DNA of 64,000 nucleotides, taken from Alphaproteobacteria bacterium (lineage in GTDB: Bacteria; Pseudomonadota; Alphaproteobacteria; UBA828). Of the stretch, positions 8,319-16,318 are shown piece after piece. Positions within the stretch are counted from its first letter, which is position 1. Every line of letters starts with the position of its first letter. The DNA lies in assembly GCA_965221125.1 (NCBI GenBank), contig CBDCRW010000004.1:768001-832000 (forward strand). Direction: 5' to 3'. The notes beneath the pieces are model-generated. The model had not been told where the DNA came from, made no database searches, and saw only the letters and a list, made by a program, of their open reading frames with translations. Both the position numbers and the translations under genes were made by a program.

Positions 8319-9478
8319 CGCGCGGCTCGGTCGAGGATACGTTCGCGCACGATGTCCGCCAGCCGCGCGATGTCGGCATCGTCGTGACCGGCGCTGAAGG
8401 TGAGGCGGAGCCGCGCCGTGCCTTGCGGCACCGTCGGCGGGCGGATCGCGGTGACGAGGAAGCCCTCGTCCTCCAGCAGCGTCGACACCGCCAGCGCGCG
8501 CTCCGGCGCGCCGAGCAGGATCGGCACGATACAGCTTTCCGGCGCCGGCAGGTTGAGCCGGGCGCAGAAGAGCGCGGCCTTGCGGAGCGGCGCCGCGACC
8601 AGGTCGGGATCGTTCGCGATCAGGTCGAGGGCAGCGATGCTGGCGGCGACGGCGCCGGGCGGCAGGCCAGTGGAGTAGATGAAGGGGCGCGCCCGCGTGC
8701 GGATCAGGTCGATCACCGGCTGCGCCGCGCAGAGATAGCCGCCGTAGCTGCCGACCGCCTTCGACAGCGTGCCCATCTGCAGCGGCACCTCGGTCTTGGC
8801 GCCGCCCAAAAAACTCGAGCCGCGCCCGCCGCCGACCACGCCGATCCCGTGGGCGTCGTCGGTCATCAGCCACGTGTCGTGGGTTTCCGCGATTTCGGCA
8901 AGCGCCGCCACCGGCGCGAGGTCGCCGTCCATGCTGAACACGCCGTCGGTCAGCAGCAGCGCGCGCTCGTGGTCGGCGCGGTGGGCGGTCAACAGCTCCT
9001 CCACGTGGTCGAGGTCGTTGTGGCGGAAGATGTCGACGCGCGCGCGGGAGAGGGCGGCGCCCGCGCGGAGGCAGGCGTGGCTCAGCTCGTCGGCCACGAT
9101 CAGGTCGCCCGTGCCGACGAGGCTCGGGACGATGCCCAGGTTGGCGAGGTAGCCCGAGCCGAAGACGCAGGCGTCGTCCGTGCCCTTGAGCCGCGCGAGG
9201 CGGCCTTCAAGCTCGGCGAAGAGGGGATGGTTGCCGGTGACCAGGCGCGACGCGCCGGCGCCGGCGCCCCACCGCTCCGTGGCCTCGACCGCCGCCCGCT
9301 TGACCGCCGGGTGCTGCGACAGGTTGAGGTAGTCGTTGCTGCAGAAGGAGATCAGCGGGCGCCCGTTGCGCTTCACCCGGACGGGGCCGATCGGCGCGGT
9401 CTCGTGCACGGTGCGGCGCAGTTGCCGCTCCGTGAGCGCGGAAAGCTTCGCCTCGGCGAAACGTTCGAGCGTGTCCAT
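8315..9478 (-). CDS. bioF: 8-amino-7-oxononanoate synthase
   Basis: FCSNDYLNL, GAGASRLVTG, FSMDGD, DDAHG, GTLSKA and IRPPTVP motifs; adjacent to bioD. Confidence 0.93.
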   Translation of the reverse strand: MDTLERFAEAKLSALTERQLRRTVHETAPIGPVRVKRNGRPLISFCSNDYLNLSQHPAVKRAAVEATERWGAGAGASRLVTGNHPLFAELEGRLARLKGTDDACVFGSGYLANLGIVPSLVGTGDLIVADELSHACLRAGAALSRARVDIFRHNDLDHVEELLTAHRADHERALLLTDGVFSMDGDLAPVAALAEIAETHDTWLMTDDAHGIGVVGGGRGSSFLGGAKTEVPLQMGTLSKAVGSYGGYLCAAQPVIDLIRTRARPFIYSTGLPPGAVAASIAALDLIANDPDLVAAPLRKAALFCARLNLPAPESCIVPILLGAPERALAVSTLLEDEGFLVTAIRPPTVPQGTARLRLTFSAGHDDADIARLADIVRERILDRAAR

Positions 9479-9522
9479 GCGCCGCGTCCCCGCGCCGGTG
9501 CCCGCGGCCGCGCCCGTGCCGG

Positions 9523-10935
9523 CTAGAGTTCCCCTTCGCGGCGCAGCATGCGGATGGTCTCACGCAGCGCGTCGGCGGTGACCGCGAGGTCGTCCGCCGT
9601 GTTGGCGGCGGACGTCATGCCGCCGGGCCAGCCCTGGATGTCCACCCCGTTCACCAGCAGGCCGAGGCGGATCTTGTTCACCAGCGCCGGCGGGCGATCC
9701 TTGAGCTCCGCATAGTCGATGGTAAGCGGATCGAAGGTGGACGGCGTGATCGCGCGCCCGCGCGGGTTCATGAAGAGGTGGAAGGACGAGAACGTGCCGT
9801 AGACCGACCAGGGCACGCCTTCCTCCTCCAGCACCGCGTTGAGGCCGGCCCGAAGCGCCGCGCCGAAGGCGGACGCCCGCTCGCAGGCGTCCGAATCCCG
9901 CACGATGGTGAGCGCGGCCGTGCCGGCGGCGGCGGAGACGGGGTTCGCGTTGAAGGTGCCGGGATGGAAGATCTTCTCGCGGCCGCTCTCCCTGGTCGCG
10001 AAGAAGTCGAGGTCGTCGAGAATGTCCCTGCGCCCGGCCACCGCGCCGCCGGGCAGCCCGCCGGCAACGATCTTGGCGTGGGTGCTCATGTCGGGCGTGA
10101 CGCCGAAGTGCCCCTGCGCGCCGCCGGGGGAGACGCGGAAGCCGGTAATCACCTCGTCGAAGATCAGGATCGCGCCGTGCTTCGCCGTCAGCTCCCGCAG
10201 GAAGCCCAAAAACTCGAAGGCGTGGGGCACGAGGCCGAAGGAGCCGCCGGTCGGCTCCAGGATCACCGCAGCGATGTCGTCGTCGGCCTCGAAGGCGGCG
10301 CGCGCGGCCTCCTCGTCGCCGGGCGGCAGCAGGATCACCTGGGCGGCGAGGTCGGGCAGCACGCCCGCCGTCGGCGCGCCGTCGAAGTGCGAGGTGTAGC
10401 CGGAGGTCATGTGGTCGTGCCAGCCGTGGAAATGGCCCTTGAAGCGCACGATCTTGTTCCTGGCCGTGTGCGAGCGAGCGAGGCGGAGCGCCATGTGCGT
10501 CGCCTCGGTGCCGGAGGACGTGAAGCGCACGCGCTCGGCGCAGGGCACAAGCTCGCGCACGATCTGCGCCCAGCGGACCTCGCGCTCGTGGTTGGCGCCG
10601 GGGTGCGTGCCGTCCGGCAGCGCCTCCTGGATGGCGGCGAGGACCTCGGGCCGGCCGTGGCCGAGCAGCAGGGCGCCGTGGCCGCCCGCGTAGTCGACGT
10701 ACTCGTTGCCGTCCCGGTCCCACTTGCGCGAACCCTCGGCCCGCGTGACGTAGATGCCGTAAGGCTCCAGGTGGCGCGCATCGTGGACGATGCCGGACGG
10801 CAGAATGTCCCTCGCCTCGGCCGCGAGCGCCGCCGACGCCGGCGTCTTCGCCCGGTAGGCCTGGATGATGCCGGAGTTGGAGGCGAGGATTTCGGCGCCC
10901 GCCCCAGCGCCCGCCTGCGTTGCCACCGTGCTCAT
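9523..10935 (-). CDS. Class III PLP aminotransferase, glutamate-1-semialdehyde aminomutase (HemL)-like
   Basis: DGNEYVDY, LLGH, FTSSGTEAT, GHFHGWHD, LIFDEVITGFR, AKIVAGGLPGG and GTFNANP motifs. Start taken at MSTVAT. Confidence 0.85.
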   Translation of the reverse strand: MSTVATQAGAGAGAEILASNSGIIQAYRAKTPASAALAAEARDILPSGIVHDARHLEPYGIYVTRAEGSRKWDRDGNEYVDYAGGHGALLLGHGRPEVLAAIQEALPDGTHPGANHEREVRWAQIVRELVPCAERVRFTSSGTEATHMALRLARSHTARNKIVRFKGHFHGWHDHMTSGYTSHFDGAPTAGVLPDLAAQVILLPPGDEEAARAAFEADDDIAAVILEPTGGSFGLVPHAFEFLGFLRELTAKHGAILIFDEVITGFRVSPGGAQGHFGVTPDMSTHAKIVAGGLPGGAVAGRRDILDDLDFFATRESGREKIFHPGTFNANPVSAAAGTAALTIVRDSDACERASAFGAALRAGLNAVLEEEGVPWSVYGTFSSFHLFMNPRGRAITPSTFDPLTIDYAELKDRPPALVNKIRLGLLVNGVDIQGWPGGMTSAANTADDLAVTADALRETIRMLRREGEL

Positions 10936-10991
10936 CCTCCGTTCCGCTCGACGTGGGCCTCGCCCATGTCGCAGTCGATGTCGATCCCCAT
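10932..10991 (-). pseudogene. 19-codon ORF resembling the N-terminus of PxpA/LamB-YcsF
   Basis: MGIDIDCDMGEAHVERNGG*, compared with the family start IDLNCDMGE. It has a GGGGAG RBS, and its stop overlaps the next ATG. Confidence 0.45.
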
Positions 10992-11200
10992 CGTCTCCCC
11001 CGCTGTTCCGTCGCGCGTCCGCCTCCCGCCGCCCGCGGCGCGACGAGCACGATCGTTCAACCGTAGCAGCAATGCGCTGCAATCTCGATTCCGTCGTCGG
11101 CTAACCTGCCCGGCCGCGGCCCCGGCTATGCACCGGCCCGGTTCCTTTGCGCGCCGGAACCGTGTGCTTATATGTCAAAGGAGTCGGAGCCCGAGTCGCA

Positions 11201-12013
11201 ATGAATGCGCCCGCCGATGCCGTGATCAGGGCAGGTCGTTCAGCACAACGCGCATTCGAGCGCCTGCAGGGGAATCGGGCGGCGGCAGGCATCCTCTCCT
11301 TCACCGGCCTCGTGCTCGGAACGCTGCGCGATCTCGCGCCGATCATCGCGGTGGTTGCGGTCTTCCAGGTCGCGATCCTGCGCCAGCCGTTTCCCGATCT
11401 TGGCGGCATCATCGGCGGGCTCGTGCTCGTGATGCTGGGGCTCGCGCTGTTCATCAAGGGGCTGGAGATGGGCCTCTTCCCGCTCGGCGAGGGCCTGGCG
11501 CAGGGTTTCGCGCTGAAGGGCAGCCTCGTCTGGCTCCTCGTCTTCGCCTTCGCGCTGGGATTCGGGACCACGGTCGCGGAGCCCGCGCTGATCGCGGTGA
11601 CGGACGAGGCGTCGCGCGTCGCCGCCGATGCGGGCGTGATCGCCGCCGGCGCCGACGCGATGGAGGCGTACGCGCTCGGCCTGCGCTACACGGTCGCGGT
11701 CTCGGTCGGCGTCGGCATCACGCTCGGCGTGCTGCGCATCCTCAAGGGCTGGCCGCTGCACTACTGGATCATCGGCGGCTACGTCATCGCGGTGGGCCTC
11801 ACCTTCCTGGCGCCCGACGAGATCGTCGGCATCGCCTACGACTCCGGCGGCGTCACCACGTCGACCATCACCGTGCCCATGGTGACGGCGCTCGGCGTCG
11901 GCCTCGCGGCGTCGATCCGCGGGCGCAATCCGCTGATCGACGGCTTCGGCCTCATCGCCTACGCGAGCCTCACGCCCATCATCTTCGTGCTCGTCTTCGG
12001 CATGGTGTTCTGA
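11201..12013 (+). CDS. DUF1538 family multi-pass membrane protein
   Basis: [37 protein letters not shown] and DGFGLIA motifs; hydrophobic. Start uncertain. Confidence 0.85.
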   Translation: MNAPADAVIRAGRSAQRAFERLQGNRAAAGILSFTGLVLGTLRDLAPIIAVVAVFQVAILRQPFPDLGGIIGGLVLVMLGLALFIKGLEMGLFPLGEGLAQGFALKGSLVWLLVFAFALGFGTTVAEPALIAVTDEASRVAADAGVIAAGADAMEAYALGLRYTVAVSVGVGITLGVLRILKGWPLHYWIIGGYVIAVGLTFLAPDEIVGIAYDSGGVTTSTITVPMVTALGVGLAASIRGRNPLIDGFGLIAYASLTPIIFVLVFGMVF

Positions 12014-12024
12014 GGGGCGGCGCC

Positions 12025-12810
12025 GTGGAACTGCTCTCCCGCATGGCCGAAGCCGGCCTCGATACGGTGCGCGACATCGTGCCGCTCATCGCCATCGTGC
12101 TGTTCTTCCAGATCGTCGTCCTGCGCCGGCGCCTGGCGAACCCCGGCCGGATCATCGTGGGCTTCGTCTATGTCACCGTCGGGCTGGTGCTGTTCCTCAT
12201 CGGGCTGGAGGAGGCGCTGTTTCCCCTGGGCAAGACGATGGCGGCGCAGCTCACCGACCCGGCCTTCCTCGGCCTCGCCGAGGGCGCGAGGGCGCACTGG
12301 CTCGACTACGGCTGGATCTACGTGTTTGCGGCGGCGATCGGCTTCGGCACGACCATCGCGGAGCCCTCGCTCATGGCCGTCGCCCGCAAGGCCGGCGACG
12401 TCTCGGGCGGGACGATCAGGCCGTGGGGCCTGCGGATCGCGGTCGCCACGGGCGTCGCTGTGGGCGTCGGGCTCGGGACCGTGCGCATCGTCACCGGGGT
12501 GCCGCTGCACTACCTGTTCATGGCTGCCTACGTGATCGTCATCGTGCTGACGATCTTCGCCTCGCGCAGCATCATCGCGCTCGCCTACGATTCCGGCGGC
12601 GTCACGTCGTCGACCGTGACCGTGCCGCTGGTGGCAGCCCTCGGCCTCGGCCTCGCCGCCAACGTGCCGGGGCGCAGCCCGCTGCTCGACGGCTTCGGCC
12701 TCATCGCGTTCGCATGCATCTTTGCCGTCATCGCGGTGCTGGGGTTCGCCCAGCTCTCGTCGGCGCTGGCCGCCCTGCGCAGGCGCCGATCATCCGGGAA
12801 AGGAACCTGA
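12025..12810 (+). CDS. DUF1538 family multi-pass membrane protein (second paralogue)
   Basis: [36 protein letters not shown] and DGFGLIA motifs. Only the 3' part of the 9778-12810 ORF is real. Confidence 0.85.
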   Translation: MELLSRMAEAGLDTVRDIVPLIAIVLFFQIVVLRRRLANPGRIIVGFVYVTVGLVLFLIGLEEALFPLGKTMAAQLTDPAFLGLAEGARAHWLDYGWIYVFAAAIGFGTTIAEPSLMAVARKAGDVSGGTIRPWGLRIAVATGVAVGVGLGTVRIVTGVPLHYLFMAAYVIVIVLTIFASRSIIALAYDSGGVTSSTVTVPLVAALGLGLAANVPGRSPLLDGFGLIAFACIFAVIAVLGFAQLSSALAALRRRRSSGKGT

Positions 12811-12813
12811 CCA

Positions 12814-13164
12814 ATGCGCTTCAAGCTGATCATGGCGCTCGTGAGCTCGGATGAGACCGAGTCCGTACTCGCCGCCGGCCGCCGCAGCGGCGCAACCGGT
12901 GCTACAATCGTCACGGGCTGCCGCGGCGAGGGGCTCGAGCCGCAGCAGACCTTTCTCGGCTTGAGGCTGACCGGCCAGCGGGACATCCTGCTGTTCCTCG
13001 TCGAGGAGCACATGAGCCGGACCGTCCTTGAGGGGATTGCCACGGCCGGGGCCTTCGAGGAGAAATCGGGGACGGGGATCGCGTTCCAGATCGCCATCGA
13101 AGACGCGGTCGGCCTTTCCCATCAGATTGCCGAGATCAAGCACGAGATCGAGGACCAGATATGA
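12814..13164 (+). CDS. P-II family (GlnB-like) signal protein
   Basis: KLIMALV, GATGATI, RGEG and GTGIAFQIAIEDAVGL motifs; 116 aa. Confidence 0.85.
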   Translation: MRFKLIMALVSSDETESVLAAGRRSGATGATIVTGCRGEGLEPQQTFLGLRLTGQRDILLFLVEEHMSRTVLEGIATAGAFEEKSGTGIAFQIAIEDAVGLSHQIAEIKHEIEDQI

Positions 13165-13619
13165 GCAGAAAGGCGAGCACGGCCAAGGCGGCACCGCAGG
13201 GGGAGCGGTTCAACACGGTGCGCGCCGTGATGTCGCCCATGCCGGCGCCCATCAACGGCATGGCCACGGTTCACGAGGCCCTGGTGCTGATGCGCGAGAA
13301 CAACGTGTACTCGCTCGTCGTCGAGCGCCGCCGGCCTGGCGACGAGTACGGCATGGTGGTGGTCTCCGACATCGCCAACAAGGTGATCGCGCACAACCGC
13401 TCGCCGGACCGGGTGAACGTCTACGAGATCATGTCGAAGCCGGTGCTGACCATGAGCGCCGACATGGAGATCAAGTACGCGATCCGCCTGCTCGGCCGCT
13501 TCGGACTCTCGCGCGGCGTGGTGGTCGACGGCAACGAGGCGGTGGGCTTCGTCACGCTGACCGACATGGTCTTTCGCTTCTACGAGCAGGAAGCGAGGCG
13601 GCAGGAGGCAAGCGGGTAG
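13161..13619 (+). CDS. CBS-domain (Bateman module) protein
   Basis: VRAVMS..ATVHEAL..M and VYEIMSKP..VGFVTLTDM form a tandem CBS pair. ATGA overlap with the P-II gene. Confidence 0.85.
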   Translation: MSRKASTAKAAPQGERFNTVRAVMSPMPAPINGMATVHEALVLMRENNVYSLVVERRRPGDEYGMVVVSDIANKVIAHNRSPDRVNVYEIMSKPVLTMSADMEIKYAIRLLGRFGLSRGVVVDGNEAVGFVTLTDMVFRFYEQEARRQEASG

Positions 13620-13629
13620 GCCGGCCGAC

Positions 13630-14433
13630 ATGGTTGCAGCGGCACAGGATTCCGGCTCGGCAAAGTCGGCGGACGCCATGCCGCGGGCGGCGCTGGTCAC
13701 CGGCGCCGCGGTGCGCATCGGCCGTGCCATCGCCGAGGCGCTGGCGCAGGACGGGTGGGCGGTCGCGGTACACCATCGCGAGTCGGGCGATGCCGCGTGC
13801 GACGTCGTCGCGGGCATCAAGGGCGCGGGCGGGCGCGCCGTGGCGCTCAGGGCCGATCTCGCCCAGGAAGCCGAGGTCGGGACCCTGGTGGCGCGCGCGA
13901 CGGAGGCGCTCGGGCCGCTCGGCTGCCTCGTCAACAACGCCTCGCCCTTCGAGAACGACGACCTGCAAACCGCCGACCGCGCGAGCTGGGACCTCCACAT
14001 GGAGGCCAATCTGCGCGCGCCCTTCGTGCTGACCCAGAAGTTCGCGGCAGCGCTGCCGGCCGACGCCGAGGGCTGCATCGTCAACATGCTCGACCAGCGG
14101 GTCCGGAACCTGACGCCGCATTTCATGTCCTACACGCTCAGCAAGGCGGCGCTCTGGACGCTGACGCAGACCGCCGCGCTCGCGCTCGCGCCGCGCATCC
14201 GGGTCAACGGCATCGGCCCCGGCCCGACGCTGCCGAGCGCCCGGCAGAGCCCGGCGCACTTCGCCGCGCAATACGAGGCCACGCCGCTGATGCGCCCCAT
14301 AGCGCCCGCCGACATCGCGGACGGCATACGCTTCATCCTTGGCGCCCGCGCGCTCACCGGGCAGATGATCGCGCTCGACAGCGGCCAGCACCTCGGCTGG
14401 GCGATGCCGCAGGGGGAGGTGATCCTGGAATGA
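13630..14433 (+). CDS. SDR oxidoreductase, pteridine reductase/FolM-like
   Basis: TGAAVRIG, VNNAS, YTLSK and VNGIGPG motifs; coupled to folB. Confidence 0.85.
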   Translation: MVAAAQDSGSAKSADAMPRAALVTGAAVRIGRAIAEALAQDGWAVAVHHRESGDAACDVVAGIKGAGGRAVALRADLAQEAEVGTLVARATEALGPLGCLVNNASPFENDDLQTADRASWDLHMEANLRAPFVLTQKFAAALPADAEGCIVNMLDQRVRNLTPHFMSYTLSKAALWTLTQTAALALAPRIRVNGIGPGPTLPSARQSPAHFAAQYEATPLMRPIAPADIADGIRFILGARALTGQMIALDSGQHLGWAMPQGEVILE

Positions 14434-14819
14434 GCACGACCTCGACTCCGGGTTCGCCTGCGGCCGCGCGGCGCTGCCTGCTGATCCGCGATCTGGTGCT
14501 GCCGTGCTCCATCGGGGTTCACGAGCACGAGCGCCACGCCACCCAGCGGGTGCGGATCAACGTGCGGGTGGAGGTCACGGACGACGAGCGGCCCATCGAC
14601 GACAGCATCGCCAACGTCGTCTCCTACGAGACCATCGTCGACGGCATCCGCGCCATCGTCGCCGGCGGCCACATCAACCTGGTGGAGACCCTTGCCGACC
14701 GCATCGTCGCGCTCTGCCTCGCCAACCGTCGCGTGAGCGGCGTGCGGGTGCGGGTGGAAAAGCTCGACCTCTACCCGGATGCGGACGGGGTCGGTGTCGA
14801 GGTCGAGCAGAGCCGCTAA
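14430..14819 (+). CDS. folB: Dihydroneopterin aldolase
   Basis: IGVHEHE..TQRVRIN, VVSYE, LVETLA and RVEK motifs; ATGA overlap with the SDR. Confidence 0.88.
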   Translation: MSTTSTPGSPAAARRCLLIRDLVLPCSIGVHEHERHATQRVRINVRVEVTDDERPIDDSIANVVSYETIVDGIRAIVAGGHINLVETLADRIVALCLANRRVSGVRVRVEKLDLYPDADGVGVEVEQSR

Positions 14820-14968
14820 CTCTCACGCAGAACCCGGCCGGCCGGCCCTTCGACATCCGCACCAAAAGCGGTACGCTCGCATCCATCCCCGGTACGGTGG
14901 GGCTGAACGGCATCCCGACGATGCTCATCCAGCACCACGAGGCGGTGCAATAGCGGGGGAACGCGCTC

Positions 14969-15823
14969 ATGAAACCTGCCCCATTCGCCTATATCAGGCC
15001 GGAAAGCCTCGAAGACGCCATCGGCGTGCTGGCCGAGCACGGGGAGGAGGCAAAAGTCCTCGCCGGCGGCCAGAGCCTGATGGCCACCCTGAACATGCGG
15101 CTCTCCGCCCCTGCGGTGCTGGTCGATATCGGCTGCGTGCCGGGTCTTGCCGGCATCGAAGAGGTTGGCGGCGGCCTTCGCATCGGTGCCATGACCCGCC
15201 ATGCGGAGGTGGAGGCCTCGGACCTCGTGCGCTCGCAGGCGCCGCTCATCGCCGGTGCCATGCCGCACATCGCCCATCCGGCGGTTCGCAATCGCGGCAC
15301 GTTCGGCGGCTCCATCGCATTGGCTGATCCGGCGGCCGAGCTCCCGGCCTGCGCGGTCGCCCTCGGCGCGCGGATGACGATTGCGGGCAACGGCGGCACG
15401 CGGACCGTGGACGCGGACGCGTTCTTCCGGGGCCTCTACGAGACCGCGCTCGAGCCGGGCGAGGTGCTGACCGCCGTAGACGTTCCGGGCATCGGCGCGG
15501 GCTGGACGTCGGGCTTCATGGAACTGGCGCGCCGCCACGGCGACTACGCGATCATCGGCCTCGCCGCCCATGTCGAGTCCGACGACGGCAGGTTCGGCCG
15601 CGGCCGCCTCGTCTTCTTCGGTGCGGGCGAGCGGCCCGTCTCCGCCGTGCGGAGCGCGGCTCTGCTCGAAGGCGAGAGATGGTCGGACGCCCTCGGCGAC
15701 CGGATCGCCGATGCGCTCAGGGAGGAGCTCGACCCGCCCGAGGACCTGAACGCGGATGCGGCGATGCGCCGGCATCTCGCCGGGGTGCTCGCCAGGCGGG
15801 TGCTGGCCCCGCTCGCGGGCTGA
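14969..15823 (+). CDS. Molybdenum hydroxylase FAD subunit (CoxM/XdhB-like)
   Basis: MKPAPFAY, AGGQSL, IAHPAVRNRGTFGGS and RRHGDYA motifs. Confidence 0.9.
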   Translation: MKPAPFAYIRPESLEDAIGVLAEHGEEAKVLAGGQSLMATLNMRLSAPAVLVDIGCVPGLAGIEEVGGGLRIGAMTRHAEVEASDLVRSQAPLIAGAMPHIAHPAVRNRGTFGGSIALADPAAELPACAVALGARMTIAGNGGTRTVDADAFFRGLYETALEPGEVLTAVDVPGIGAGWTSGFMELARRHGDYAIIGLAAHVESDDGRFGRGRLVFFGAGERPVSAVRSAALLEGERWSDALGDRIADALREELDPPEDLNADAAMRRHLAGVLARRVLAPLAG

Positions 15824-15835
15824 GGGAGGGGAGCG

Positions 15836-16318
15836 ATGGACAGGACTGTCGAAATCGGCCTGCGGGTCAACGGCGAGCAGACGATGCGCCGCATCGAGGC
15901 GCGGATGAACCTGGTGGACTTCCTGCGCGAGGAACTCGGCCTCACCGGCAGCCACGTCGGCTGCGAGCACGGCGTGTGCGGCGCCTGTACCGTGCGGGTG
16001 GACGGGCGCATCGTGCGCGGCTGCCTCATGCTGGCCGCGCAGGCGGAGGGCGCCGACGTCTGGACCATCGAGGGGCTGAGCGACACGGGCGAGATCCGTG
16101 ACCTCCAGGAGGCGTTCGTCGCGCGCAACGCGCTCCAGTGCGGCTACTGCACCCCCGGCATGCTGCTGACCTTGGCCGAGCTGAGGGAGCGCAATCCCGC
16201 CGCGAGCCGGCAGGAGGTCCGCGCGTTCATCTCCGGGAACTACTGCCGGTGCACGGGCTACGAGGCGATCGTGGACGCGTTCGAGATGGCCCGCGCCGGC
16301 GCAGGAGGCCCGTCATGA
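15836..16318 (+). CDS. Molybdenum hydroxylase 2Fe-2S subunit (CoxS-like)
   Basis: GCEHGVCGACTV, QCGYCTPG and GNYCRCTGY motifs. Confidence 0.92.
   Translation: MDRTVEIGLRVNGEQTMRRIEARMNLVDFLREELGLTGSHVGCEHGVCGACTVRVDGRIVRGCLMLAAQAEGADVWTIEGLSDTGEIRDLQEAFVARNALQCGYCTPGMLLTLAELRERNPAASRQEVRAFISGNYCRCTGYEAIVDAFEMARAGAGGPS

Noticed and set aside
9778-12024. Apparent 1010-aa fusion ending in DUF1538
   Set aside because: The 5' part is antisense to the aminotransferase and out of frame over the first DUF1538 gene. The real gene starts at about 12025.
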